From Candidatus Thorarchaeota archaeon (lineage in GTDB: Archaea; Asgardarchaeota; Thorarchaeia; Thorarchaeales; Thorarchaeaceae): a stretch of DNA of 38,345 bases. The stretch is from assembly GCA_029858305.1 (NCBI GenBank), contig JAOUFI010000017.1, positions 1 to 38,345 of the forward strand, read 5' to 3'. A program made the position numbers and the translations under genes. Below the pieces are notes generated by a model, which was not told the origin of the DNA, did not search any database, and saw only the letters and a list, made by a program, of their open reading frames with translations. Positions within the stretch are counted from its first letter, which is position 1. The number at the start of each line of letters is the position of its first letter. Positions 18,353-28,459 of this stretch are shown piece by piece.

Positions 18353-19306
18353 ATGAAAGTAGAATACAAGAAATGGGAATCTGGTCAGGGCCTTGAAGAG
18401 ATCCAGGCTCAAATCTACACAGAGGTTTCAGGGCTTCCTGCTCGCGCAGAGCAGATTGGCCCTCGAAATGATAACCGTGGAAAGGAAGCGACTCGCTACG
18501 CTCTGACAGAGGATGGGAAGCCTCTGGCATATGTCACCTCCGAAACAGATAGTGATGAACCATGGAGAGGATTCATTGGTTATCCATGGAGTTTGAAGGA
18601 TTGTCCCCGTGAAGTGAAAGACAAGCTCTTTGATGATTTGTTGAACCACATCTATAGTATTGATGGGGTGAAACAAGTTCGCACTGCAGTTGTCGTAGGT
18701 TCGAAGACAAAGAATGAGCAGATTGATTATTTCAAAGAGAAAGGATTTGTAGAGACTGAGAGATACTACACATACTCAAAAGACCTTGATATTGAAAAGT
18801 CTGCAGCGATTGATGTAAAGAAGAAATTCGAAGGGAAAGAAGCAGAACTCACTAGTCGAATAGCTACTGAGGATGATATTCCTGCCCTCGTAGAACTCTG
18901 TCTTGTTGATTCAAGTATACGAGGAGCATTCCCTACTGAGGAAGCATTTTCAGCCTACTTCAAAGATCGAGTTCTCAAAGATGGACACTGTGTCATGCTC
19001 TTTGATGGCGATAAACTCGTTGCTGCCTCAGCACCACTGAAGTTCGCTCCCGATGGTAATATCCTGAAAGGAGATGAAGGACGTTATATTTTGAGATTCA
19101 CTGCGAGTAGACCAGGCTACGAATTTTCCTGGAATAGACTTGCTATTGAAGTTGCAAAGGAGTGCAAATCTGCAGGTATGGCAGACCTCCCATTGAGAAC
19201 TGCGTTCGGATTTAGAACTCAAGGTGCTGCTGCAATTGGTCTGGCTAAGATGAATCCGGACATGGAACTCAATGAGATTTTCTATGTTCATCAAAAGGGG
19301 GAGTAA
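18353..19306 (+). CDS. Hypothetical protein with tandem GNAT-like fold, paralog 1
   Basis: SD GAGGAG; strong similarity to 19340-20287 (GPRND.RG..ATRYA, GYPWSL..CP.EVKDKL, YFKD.VLKDGH). Confidence 0.75.
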   Translation: MKVEYKKWESGQGLEEIQAQIYTEVSGLPARAEQIGPRNDNRGKEATRYALTEDGKPLAYVTSETDSDEPWRGFIGYPWSLKDCPREVKDKLFDDLLNHIYSIDGVKQVRTAVVVGSKTKNEQIDYFKEKGFVETERYYTYSKDLDIEKSAAIDVKKKFEGKEAELTSRIATEDDIPALVELCLVDSSIRGAFPTEEAFSAYFKDRVLKDGHCVMLFDGDKLVAASAPLKFAPDGNILKGDEGRYILRFTASRPGYEFSWNRLAIEVAKECKSAGMADLPLRTAFGFRTQGAAAIGLAKMNPDMELNEIFYVHQKGE

Positions 19307-19339
19307 ATCAGACAATTCTCACAGGTGGAGTGAATAAAG

Positions 19340-20287
19340 ATGAATGTTGAATACAAGAATTGGAAAGCTGGGCAAAAATACGAAGAAGTTCAGGCAAAGA
19401 TTTACACAGGAATATCTGGTCTTCCTGCCAATCCTGAAGTGATTGGACCTAGGAATGATCAACGCGGTGAAGATGCAACTAGATATGCTTTCACTAAGGA
19501 AGGTAAACCATTGGCCTACATCACTTCTGATGTGATTGATGAAAATCTTGGCCAGGTTCTAGTAGGATACCCATGGAGTCTCCCCAATTGTCCAGTTGAA
19601 GTCAAAGACAAATTACTCAATGATATGATTGAATACTGGAGGAACAAAGATGGAATTAGAGAAATTCAGACCAGTGTGGACCTTCGTTCGAAGACTTCGA
19701 GTGAACAGATAAAATATTTCAAAAAGCATGGATTTGTTCAGACAGAGAGTGCTTACTTTTTTGCGAAAGACTTTGATGTCGAAGCTACAAGTAGTCTAGA
19801 ATATGTAGGGTCTGCTGGCGCTCTTGCCGCAAAGATCGCATCGGATGATGATGTAGAGACCCTGATTGCTATTACAAAGGCAGACCCCCGTATGAGCCAA
19901 GCATTTCCAAATGAGGCTGCATATATTCCATATTTCAAAGACAAAGTCTTGAAAGATGGGCATGCTGTAATTTTGTACGATGGGGAGAAGGCAGTTGCTG
20001 CAAGTGCTCCTCTTCTTTTCAAGCCCGATGGTCAGATTTTGGTTGGAGATGAAGATAGAGTAATCATGAGATTTACCTCGATTCTACCAGATTACAGTCA
20101 TGCGTGGAAACGTCTATTGACTGAAATAGCAAAAGAGGCAAAGAACGCAGGGTGGGCAAAAACACCTATTCGAGCAGTCTTCGGTTTTAGAACGCAGGAT
20201 CGACTTGCAAAGGCAATGTCTGAGGTCATTCCAGAGCTACAGGAGACAAATAGTATCTTTGTCTATCGCGGCGAACCGGAGAAGTAG
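19340..20287 (+). CDS. Hypothetical protein with tandem GNAT-like fold, paralog 2
   Basis: Full-length paralog of the preceding ORF; SD GGAGTGA. Confidence 0.75.
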   Translation: MNVEYKNWKAGQKYEEVQAKIYTGISGLPANPEVIGPRNDQRGEDATRYAFTKEGKPLAYITSDVIDENLGQVLVGYPWSLPNCPVEVKDKLLNDMIEYWRNKDGIREIQTSVDLRSKTSSEQIKYFKKHGFVQTESAYFFAKDFDVEATSSLEYVGSAGALAAKIASDDDVETLIAITKADPRMSQAFPNEAAYIPYFKDKVLKDGHAVILYDGEKAVAASAPLLFKPDGQILVGDEDRVIMRFTSILPDYSHAWKRLLTEIAKEAKNAGWAKTPIRAVFGFRTQDRLAKAMSEVIPELQETNSIFVYRGEPEK

Positions 20288-20290
20288 AAA

Positions 20291-20557
20291 ATGGAAGTCG
20301 AGTACAAAGTTTGGGAACCCGACAGAGGGCTTGAGGATATCCAAGCAAAGATATTCTCTGAGGCATCTGGAGTGGGGTACAAATTTGCTTGGCGTAGATT
20401 ATTGATTGCGTTGGCGAAAGTGTACAAAAAGGCTGGTTGGGCGAACAAGCAAATGCAACCTGAGTTAGGATTTATTGCGGGAGATCCTGCTATTATTGGT
20501 CTAGCTGCGATTAGACCTGAACTTGTTGACTTCGAAATAATCATGATGAAGGAATAG
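20291..20557 (+). pseudogene. Paralog 3 with large in-frame internal deletion
   Basis: First ~28 aa match paralog N-termini and are joined directly to GYKFAWRRL..., matching the last ~60 aa. Confidence 0.7.
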
Positions 20558-20561
20558 GAAA

Positions 20562-21176
20562 ATGCAGTTTACAGAGCAAAAAAAGGAGTTAGCCATTTTA
20601 ACGGTTGAGAAGAAAACTGTGCTAGGTATAGTTGGAAGTCCTCGAAAGGGTGGGAACACTGAGACCTTAGTTGATTCCGTGTTAGCTGGAGCTTCTGAGT
20701 ATGGTGCAGTTCCAGAAAAGGTCATCCTGCATGACATGAATATTTCTCCCTGTCGCGCATGCAACAGTTGTCAAAAGACAGGAAAATGCATTCAACAAGA
20801 TGATATGGATATTCTTGTAGATCTGATGCATAAGTGCGATGTTTGGGTACTTGGAACTCCTATCTATTGGTGGGGACCGAGTGCCCAGTTCAAGGCATTT
20901 GTTGACCGATGGTATGGTCTGGACCAACGTCTATTTCAGGAAAAACAGATTGTGCTTACCGTACCTATGGGTGGTGAGAATTCGAACTTGGCAAGACATA
21001 CAGTGGGCATGATGAAGGAGATATGCAATTATCTTGGAATGGAGCTTGTAGAAACGGTAATAGCCGCTGGTATGAACGGTAAGAATTCTGTAAAAGAGAA
21101 TCGTCGAATACTCGAAGATTGTCGTACAGCAGGTCTCAGAGTCATGAGAAATATCCTATCCCGGCATCGTCAATAG
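20562..21176 (+). CDS. Iron-sulfur flavoprotein / NADPH-dependent FMN reductase family
   Basis: GSPRKGGNT, CRACNSCQKTGKC, GTPIYW, KAFVDR. Confidence 0.9.
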   Translation: MQFTEQKKELAILTVEKKTVLGIVGSPRKGGNTETLVDSVLAGASEYGAVPEKVILHDMNISPCRACNSCQKTGKCIQQDDMDILVDLMHKCDVWVLGTPIYWWGPSAQFKAFVDRWYGLDQRLFQEKQIVLTVPMGGENSNLARHTVGMMKEICNYLGMELVETVIAAGMNGKNSVKENRRILEDCRTAGLRVMRNILSRHRQ

Positions 21177-21280
21177 ATTCATGAGATGCATTTGGTCTGT
21201 TCTGATGTGCAAGTACATTTTATATTTCACATCGAACCATTGAATTGGTGCTATAACGGTTGAAAATTGAACTTATGTAA

Positions 21281-22207
21281 CTACCATCTTTTTTCCCAAT
21301 AGTGGATGCTTGTACGAGAAAATCCCAGTGAATCATATAATTTAGTTGCAGCTTCTGTAGCGGCTGCTCCAATAATCGTTACTGATTGTGGGTCATACTT
21401 TTGAAGGCGGCGAAGTCCTTCACAACAGATAGCCTTACCAAGACCTTTCCTTCTATGGTCTGGATGTACACCCACAGGTTCCAACTCTGCAAACCTACTT
21501 ACGGGATCGATTCGTACTGTTGTGAATGCCGCAAAATTGCCATCTGGAGTCACAACAACTAGATCAAGCTCCTTGTTATAGAATTCCGCCTCGCTGTAAT
21601 TTTTCGCTAAATATCGAGTCATTACTGCGCAATGTCTAAACACCGAACTGAGCACCGAATGATACTTCTCGAATTCCGTTTCAACATCAACATCCCTAAT
21701 TACATAACCCTCTGGCAGTACTACTTCTGGTATTGGTAGGCTAAGAGGACGGATTCGTTCATGCTCTGCAGGTCCTTTATCCTCATACCCCAATTCTTGC
21801 AAAAGTTCTTGCCGATACAAATCCCAATCATTTACACAGAAGAAGACTAGCTTTTTATCTTGATCTTTTTGGTAGTTTTTAATCTGCTCTTCTAGCCAGA
21901 GTACAAGTTCTCTCTCAAGATGTCGATATTCAGGATGGATTAAGATTCGGCAATCGCCTTCAGGTTTGATTATTGTCACAGCTACAATCTGATTGGCTGA
22001 GTCTTTTTTCTCATCGTCTTCCCAAATCTTGACTTGCTCATCTTCTTCATCTACATACTCGGGGCCACATGGACCCCGCCACATATTTTCAAACATTGAT
22101 GGAATCCAGTTCTGGTACGTCTTTGTGATATTGTATGTTTCAATGAGAAAATCTCTGACTCTGGAATAATCTTCATTCCGGTGAAATGAGTATTTAGTGA
22201 TTGTCAA
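21281..22207 (-). CDS. GNAT N-acetyltransferase (two-domain)
   Basis: EPVGVHPDHRRKGLGKA acetyl-CoA motif; A.KLYDSLGF. Confidence 0.9.
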   Translation of the reverse strand: MTITKYSFHRNEDYSRVRDFLIETYNITKTYQNWIPSMFENMWRGPCGPEYVDEEDEQVKIWEDDEKKDSANQIVAVTIIKPEGDCRILIHPEYRHLERELVLWLEEQIKNYQKDQDKKLVFFCVNDWDLYRQELLQELGYEDKGPAEHERIRPLSLPIPEVVLPEGYVIRDVDVETEFEKYHSVLSSVFRHCAVMTRYLAKNYSEAEFYNKELDLVVVTPDGNFAAFTTVRIDPVSRFAELEPVGVHPDHRRKGLGKAICCEGLRRLQKYDPQSVTIIGAAATEAATKLYDSLGFSRTSIHYWEKRW

Positions 22208-22372
22208 GGTTATTTCAAAGGAGTGCCATCTTTCACACGATAAAAGCGTTGAGTCAAACGCATCAAAAATGGCATCTTGTATACCATAGAAAGGAGTGAG
22301 ATGTTATTCCCACTAGTTCGAAATTAGAGAGTGTCATGGTTTTGAAAATCTCTCACCATGGAGAAAGAACAT

Positions 22373-23902
22373 TCAAGAAAATTTGCTTTTGATTGGTAAT
22401 TTAATCGTGAAAGCGGAACCCTTTCCTGGTATACTGGTTACCAAAATCTTTCCCCCATGCATTTCGACCAATGAACGAGAAATCCAGAGTCCCAACCCCG
22501 TCCCTCCGGCTTTAATGGTTTCAGGATTTTCAGCTCTGAAGAACTTTGTAAATAACTTCTCCTGTTCATCTGTCGACATTCCTATTCCTGAATCTGTGAC
22601 TTTGATATAAAGAAAACCATCTTTTTCTTCCCCTGAAATGCTTATTATCCCACCAGAGGGAGTGTATTTGTAAGCATTTGATAGAAGATTGATGATGACT
22701 TGATTAATCCATTGACTATCGGCTTCCACTGCCGGCAAGCTTGGATGAACAGTTACCTTCAGTTTTAATTTCTTAGCATCAATCTGAGGTCGTAATAGTT
22801 CAACTGCGTTATCCACAATTTCGTGAATCTTTAGTTTACGCAGATCTAGTTTAATTGCGCCAGCCTCAAGTCGAGAAACAACAAGAAGGCGGTTTACAAT
22901 TTCAGCAAGATTATCTGCGTTTCTTAGAATGGTTTTCAGAAAATCTGTTTGTTCATTAGTGAGCTCTCCGGCATCTCCTTCTAGCATCATTTCAGTATAA
23001 CCACGAATTGATGTTAATGGTGTTCGGAATTCGTGCGATACCAAAGATACAAATTCCGATTTCATTCGTTCTAACTCCCGTTCACGTGTTACATCACGAA
23101 ATACGAAAAGATGTCCCAAGTATTCTTTCCTAACATTTTCTACGGGAGCGGAGTAGACATCCAACTCTCTTTTCTGGGGCCAGATTTGATTCACTGTTTC
23201 TCGATGTTCAGAAATTTGATTCTCCTTTACACTATTTATTATGTTCATTATTTTCGAAGAGTCCTCGAAGACTTTATCCCAATGGGAATTAAAGTTATGA
23301 AAGGGTTGACCGATTGCGTCTTGAGCAACTAATGAGAAAAATCTACCAAAGGCTCTGTTAAGCCATAACATCTTATCATTAACTGAGAGTAACATAACTG
23401 CCTCGCTAGTTGCATCGAGCATCGCATCTGTTGTACATCTGGCTTCTTCTAGTTCTGTCATCAAAGGAACAACACCATCGAGAACTGTGGTTTGTTGTTT
23501 TTCTGAAACTTTCCAATTATGAATATCTTTCATATCCTCTTTCATTGCAATATAATAGGCATTGTTACTTTCTTCAGTTTTAACTGGAATTATCGACATC
23601 AATTCTGTGTAGAATGTTCCATCCTTTTTTCGATTTATCAGGACTCCAGACCATACTACACCAGAGGTTATCGTGTCCCAAATATCCTTGTAAAATTCTG
23701 AATCATGATACCCGGATTTGAGAAGGTTAGTTTTTTTCCCAATTGCTTCTTCAGGGGAGTAACCAGTGATGCGAGTAAATGTATCATTGACCCAAATTAT
23801 GATACCATTAGAATCAGCCACTAAAACACCATTTATTTCTAGAACTGATGCTCTGATTTTTTCCCATTCTTCTTTTCTAAGAGCACTTGGTAGATTAGTC
23901 AA
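22373..23902 (-). CDS. Soluble PAS-PAS sensor histidine kinase (HisKA/HATPase_c)
   Basis: Two PAS domains; VSHEFRTPL H-box; NLLSNAYKY, DSGIG, FTKFFR, GTGLGL; no TM segment. Confidence 0.95.
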   Translation of the reverse strand: MTNLPSALRKEEWEKIRASVLEINGVLVADSNGIIIWVNDTFTRITGYSPEEAIGKKTNLLKSGYHDSEFYKDIWDTITSGVVWSGVLINRKKDGTFYTELMSIIPVKTEESNNAYYIAMKEDMKDIHNWKVSEKQQTTVLDGVVPLMTELEEARCTTDAMLDATSEAVMLLSVNDKMLWLNRAFGRFFSLVAQDAIGQPFHNFNSHWDKVFEDSSKIMNIINSVKENQISEHRETVNQIWPQKRELDVYSAPVENVRKEYLGHLFVFRDVTRERELERMKSEFVSLVSHEFRTPLTSIRGYTEMMLEGDAGELTNEQTDFLKTILRNADNLAEIVNRLLVVSRLEAGAIKLDLRKLKIHEIVDNAVELLRPQIDAKKLKLKVTVHPSLPAVEADSQWINQVIINLLSNAYKYTPSGGIISISGEEKDGFLYIKVTDSGIGMSTDEQEKLFTKFFRAENPETIKAGGTGLGLWISRSLVEMHGGKILVTSIPGKGSAFTIKLPIKSKFS

Positions 23903-23943
23903 AGATATTCCCTTCTTTATACTTGATACAATTTATGAAACTA

Positions 23944-26900
23944 TTAGTTACCCCTTCCTGAAATGACAGCATCAAACCAACCTTGTATAATCCTAGGATC
24001 GCAGCCTCTAAGTTCTGACGCTAAATATTCCTTCAATTTTTCTGGTGAATATTCCCTCGGATCTTTGCGATAAACAAGAGGTGCATGACCTTCACCGGCG
24101 GAATATTTGCCTGAAAATGGATTGACAGAATACTCAGAGGAGTGTTTAGCAGCTATCGACTCAATTCTGCTCCATAACATTGTTTTTCTATTTTGTCTTA
24201 TTTGGATTGAGCTTCCATATGCTTTGATAAGCTCATAAATATGCGTCACCTTGTTCCGGACCAGCATTATTTCAATAGCAAGCTGTTCTCGCTCATCATC
24301 CAGAAATTGTTTCAAGTCACCTTGCTCTATTTTTCTAGTCAGATTATATTTCGGATTGTAGTTACTTAATTGTCTAGCTTCATTATGAATCTGCAAGAAT
24401 AAGTTGATAGTAGCCTTGTCCAATCGTTCGTATTCTCTTACATTTTGATTTTTGCCGTTTTCACTGATGCTACTAGTTTGCTCAATAAGCTCACCAGTTC
24501 TTGAACCTACGAGTAGCATCACTGCCTCATAACACTCCTTGTCCCAAGTAGACGTGGCTCTCATGGCTCTTCCTCGAAGTTGTTGCCATGCCGTTACATT
24601 TCGTGTCGCTGTTGTGTCTATGAGGAGATCTGGTCTAATGACATTCCATCCAGTTCTCGCCCAATTTGATACAACTATAACATTAATTGATAGTTTCTCT
24701 GCATCAATGATTCGACCAGCTAAATCATACATGAGTTGCTTCATTTCTCCCTGAGGCATTTTCACAACAAAGAATTTCATTTTTCTACCTGATGCTTGGT
24801 ACAATTCTGCTGTCGGAGCTTTCGCGAAGCGAGCTGCGATGATTCCATAATTGTAGAAATCAGTTATCCATTTCTGCATGTGACGATTTTCCAAACTCAA
24901 TCTTGACCTAAGTTTGGGAATATCATCTTTCTCTATTAATTTAGGCAACGCTTTTTGAAGTGGTTTTATAACTTCTCTCTCAAATTCTGCAGGTCTTATC
25001 GCTCCTATCGAAGTAAGTTTATTGGCATACTTCATTAAAACTGAATCGAACAACTCTTTGAACTTACTGATATTCTCTGGAGAAAGATTCAATCCCGTTA
25101 TCAGGAGCCTAAAGAGAATATCTCCCAATTCTATCTTCATAATGTCCTCTTTTATGTAATTTGCGATTCGTTGTGGAGCCTGATTATTCTCTGTCCATGG
25201 AAGATATAACTCACTTGAAAGTACAGCCATAGGATATAGTCCACGTTGGTCAAGCAGTTGGGCAAAAATACCCGCTACTCCTGCGTATCCTGGAGTCGCA
25301 GGTCCTTCCTCCCATTGAATACGTTTACTTTGCCCAAAAACAATTGCAGCATTTATTCCCCTTACAGCTCTTTCTGCTTTTATTATCGAATTCACCGATT
25401 CTACAAGTCCTTCACCCATTCGATATTGGTAACCGCTTAGAGATGTGTAAAGGCCTAGGATTGTAGTTGATAGAATATCTCTGACTATAGCTTGGATTTT
25501 GATCTTTGATAGTTTTGAATTGGCAATTTTATACAATGACTTTGTATCTAACTTATTTCCATATTCTTGCATTTCAAGACGATATATCATGTCTGGAGAA
25601 TTTAGTAGACTAATTAATTCTTGCCGCAATTTCATCAAAAAATCTAACATTACTATGAATCTACTCTTTCTCTCCTGTTGTTCACTGATAGGGAGACCAA
25701 CAATCATTTTCTCAAGAAGATCTGAATCAGATAAATTCTCAGCAATCTGAATTATACTAATCATCTGCCATTCATAATAATTCAAATCTTCGCCACTTTT
25801 CCAACTATGATAACGGTCTGTTAATGCAATCTCTTGGTCCGTTCTTCCTGAGAAAATACCCAGAATATCCCGACCAATGGCGATCTGTTTTTCCAAGGGT
25901 ATTTGACTAAATACTGATCTTAAATTCGCAGAACCAAGAATATCAATGAATTCACGTATTAACGATTTATAGGAATTTAGATAGAAGAGTATAGTTCTTT
26001 CTCTTTCAGAATGAGTAAATGGAAGCCCAAACTCAGCAAAAGGAGCTACAAAGCCATATGCTATCAATTCAGCTGAAGACAGAGTATAGACTAGTTGCAA
26101 TCCTAACTCTTGAAATCGTTCCCTGAATGCAATAGCTGTTCCAGTGAAGCCAATGAGTCCTTCTAGACTTCCGTCGTGCAGCCATTCTAGGAGTAATTTC
26201 GTAATCTCTGTTGAAACACTATCATCAGCGGCAACAACCTTGTGAACTTCGTCTAAAATCACATACCGGATGTTGCTACCCTGAAGGAGTTTTTCGATGG
26301 ATATCGCATCAAATCCTCCTTTACCTTTTGAAGATCCCAACTGAGCAAGAGATTGATATGTCATGACAAGAATAGGTGGTGAAGAGTCCAATTCCTTCTT
26401 ACGTTCTTCATAATCAATCGGCGTACCTGCATATACATCATCGGGTGGAAGATTGAGTCCTTTGGTTTCATAGCACAATTCTCGAATCCATTGTTGTTCA
26501 TAGTTGACTGTCGGTACTAGAATTAGAATTGACTCACCTGGTGACATTGTCGCCATCCAATCTTGAATAGCCATCATACCGATGAGTGTCTTTCCCGAAC
26601 CTGTAGGTGCCTCAACTAGCTGTCCCTGGTATCCAAATCCTCGAAATATAGTGAATGCATCACGTTGATATGGCCGCGGAATTGATGAGTTATTTAGATC
26701 AAAGTACGACCATGCATTATACTTCGATTTAATAGATTCTGAAAGATTAAGATTAATCAATGCAGACACGAACATGTCTGCGATTAACTCTTCAAAAGAT
26801 GTGAGTTTCTTGAAGAATTTTTGAAACGATTTTCTACGGTTAATAATATTTGAAACGCCTGGAAAACCACCCCTCTGAAACTCTTGATAGATTTCTGCAC

Positions 26901-27558
26901 CTAGAAAAGACTGAAGACTTGAATCATCTAAATTTGTGTGTATATATGGTCGTTTTGTTCTTGTATAGCGTGTACCCGTCTTCATCAAGTGTCCTTTCTC
27001 TACTAACTCGAGAAGCTGCTTTTTGATAACTAAAGTCGCAATTTCCTGTACGAAGATATGTTGATTTACATCTTCTACTAATTTCGACTCCTCAAGGGAT
27101 TCCTTGGATTCCTGAAATGCTCTAATGATAAGGTCGGAGATCAATGACTTCAATATGTTTTCATCCAAGGTCAGTGGGAATGGGATTGTATTCGGTGCTT
27201 CAATATGCATCTCTTGTAACGGTGCATTGAGCGCAATTAGACTTCTTAGAGAAGAAACCATCAATGTAGCTTTCCGATTAAGAAGCGAATGTCTCATTAA
27301 TTTCAATGTAACTTCATAAAATTCTGCCAAGGCATAGAAGCTGCCTCGCATACTAGTAATGTCTCCAGTTTTTAAACTCTCAATGAAATCTTGATGGAGT
27401 CTGGAAGCAAAATATTGAGCTCGCCAATATTGTATCGATTTTATTGTGGGAGTTTCATGATCAACGAAGAGTCCTGTAGTTGGCTCCATCAAGGGCATTG
27501 TTTCACCCTCAATTGGTGCATCAGTGTCGGATTCGTCGAATTCTTCTTCCACACTCAA
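23944..27558 (-). CDS. Large SF2 (DExH) helicase/ATPase with N-terminal helical and wHTH-like regions
   Basis: PRPYQ Q-motif, APTGSGKT, LVPT, MTYQSL, DEVH, TGT, RTGWNV, QLRGRAMR; start may be GTG 27552 after GGAGG. Confidence 0.9.
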   Translation of the reverse strand: MSVEEEFDESDTDAPIEGETMPLMEPTTGLFVDHETPTIKSIQYWRAQYFASRLHQDFIESLKTGDITSMRGSFYALAEFYEVTLKLMRHSLLNRKATLMVSSLRSLIALNAPLQEMHIEAPNTIPFPLTLDENILKSLISDLIIRAFQESKESLEESKLVEDVNQHIFVQEIATLVIKKQLLELVEKGHLMKTGTRYTRTKRPYIHTNLDDSSLQSFLGAEIYQEFQRGGFPGVSNIINRRKSFQKFFKKLTSFEELIADMFVSALINLNLSESIKSKYNAWSYFDLNNSSIPRPYQRDAFTIFRGFGYQGQLVEAPTGSGKTLIGMMAIQDWMATMSPGESILILVPTVNYEQQWIRELCYETKGLNLPPDDVYAGTPIDYEERKKELDSSPPILVMTYQSLAQLGSSKGKGGFDAISIEKLLQGSNIRYVILDEVHKVVAADDSVSTEITKLLLEWLHDGSLEGLIGFTGTAIAFRERFQELGLQLVYTLSSAELIAYGFVAPFAEFGLPFTHSERERTILFYLNSYKSLIREFIDILGSANLRSVFSQIPLEKQIAIGRDILGIFSGRTDQEIALTDRYHSWKSGEDLNYYEWQMISIIQIAENLSDSDLLEKMIVGLPISEQQERKSRFIVMLDFLMKLRQELISLLNSPDMIYRLEMQEYGNKLDTKSLYKIANSKLSKIKIQAIVRDILSTTILGLYTSLSGYQYRMGEGLVESVNSIIKAERAVRGINAAIVFGQSKRIQWEEGPATPGYAGVAGIFAQLLDQRGLYPMAVLSSELYLPWTENNQAPQRIANYIKEDIMKIELGDILFRLLITGLNLSPENISKFKELFDSVLMKYANKLTSIGAIRPAEFEREVIKPLQKALPKLIEKDDIPKLRSRLSLENRHMQKWITDFYNYGIIAARFAKAPTAELYQASGRKMKFFVVKMPQGEMKQLMYDLAGRIIDAEKLSINVIVVSNWARTGWNVIRPDLLIDTTATRNVTAWQQLRGRAMRATSTWDKECYEAVMLLVGSRTGELIEQTSSISENGKNQNVREYERLDKATINLFLQIHNEARQLSNYNPKYNLTRKIEQGDLKQFLDDEREQLAIEIMLVRNKVTHIYELIKAYGSSIQIRQNRKTMLWSRIESIAAKHSSEYSVNPFSGKYSAGEGHAPLVYRKDPREYSPEKLKEYLASELRGCDPRIIQGWFDAVISGRGN

Positions 27559-27570
27559 TCCTCCACTATC

Positions 27571-28182
27571 TCATTTATTCACCTTGACGCCCTTAATGAG
27601 AGCGACATTTATTCTCTCAATCAATTCTCTTGGACTGAATGGCTTAGTGATATAATCATCTGCACCCATTGATAGCCCCTTAATCATATCTGCATCTTCA
27701 GTCTTTGAAGTTAGCATTATTATTACAGGTGAATCTTCTCGAAGTTTTGCCTTCACTTCTGATACTACCTGATATCCGTCTTTTCCCGGCATCAATATAT
27801 CTACAATCAGAACATCCGGTTTTTCTCGAAGTACTTTCTCAATCCCCTCCTCACCATTTGATGCAGTAGAAACATTGAATCTTGCTTTGGATAATTTCAG
27901 ACGGATAAGTTGTAGGATGTCTGCTTCATCATCAACAACAATCACCCTAATCCTTTCATCTGTTTTTTGGTCAACACCTATTTCCTCAAATTGATTTCTT
28001 ATTATAATCATTATTTGAACCGAACACGCATATGTAATGCATCCAAAAATAATGAGTATAATAGCAGTCCAATTACCTCCAATGAAGGCAAGTATTCCAG
28101 GGACTATTCCGAGAATCGTCCCCATGAATAAGCTAAATATCGCAACTAGGAAAAGTATCAGCTTCTTAATCCTCATTCTCAT
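27571..28182 (-). CDS. Response regulator receiver with N-terminal transmembrane segments and no output domain
   Basis: ~60 hydrophobic N-terminal residues, then VIVVDDE, PDVLIVDILMP, MLTS, DDYITKPF. Confidence 0.88.
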   Translation of the reverse strand: MRMRIKKLILFLVAIFSLFMGTILGIVPGILAFIGGNWTAIILIIFGCITYACSVQIMIIIRNQFEEIGVDQKTDERIRVIVVDDEADILQLIRLKLSKARFNVSTASNGEEGIEKVLREKPDVLIVDILMPGKDGYQVVSEVKAKLREDSPVIIMLTSKTEDADMIKGLSMGADDYITKPFSPRELIERINVALIKGVKVNK

Positions 28183-28459
28183 CCTAAATTATAACCTGCC
28201 TTTTATTTTTCATAATATTACTGCAAATAGCAATTCTATCACATTATGCTACACGAAATGGTAAGACTTGCCTTAATGTTTGAATTCAATTTTCTCAACA
28301 GTAAATGATTAATGACAAGAATCCTAAAGAACTATATAAATCAAGAATATATGGCAATCTCAATTATGACTTTCCCGGTATTGAATATCTGATATCTTTT
28401 TGGAGAAAACAGTTAAGGTGCTTTTACATCAAAGATTCTTTTTCAGAAGCTAGATGTCA

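Noticed and set aside
22373-23902. Kinase as PhoR serving the pst operon
   Set aside because: 9 kb away, in a different operon, no TM and no PhoB-type partner
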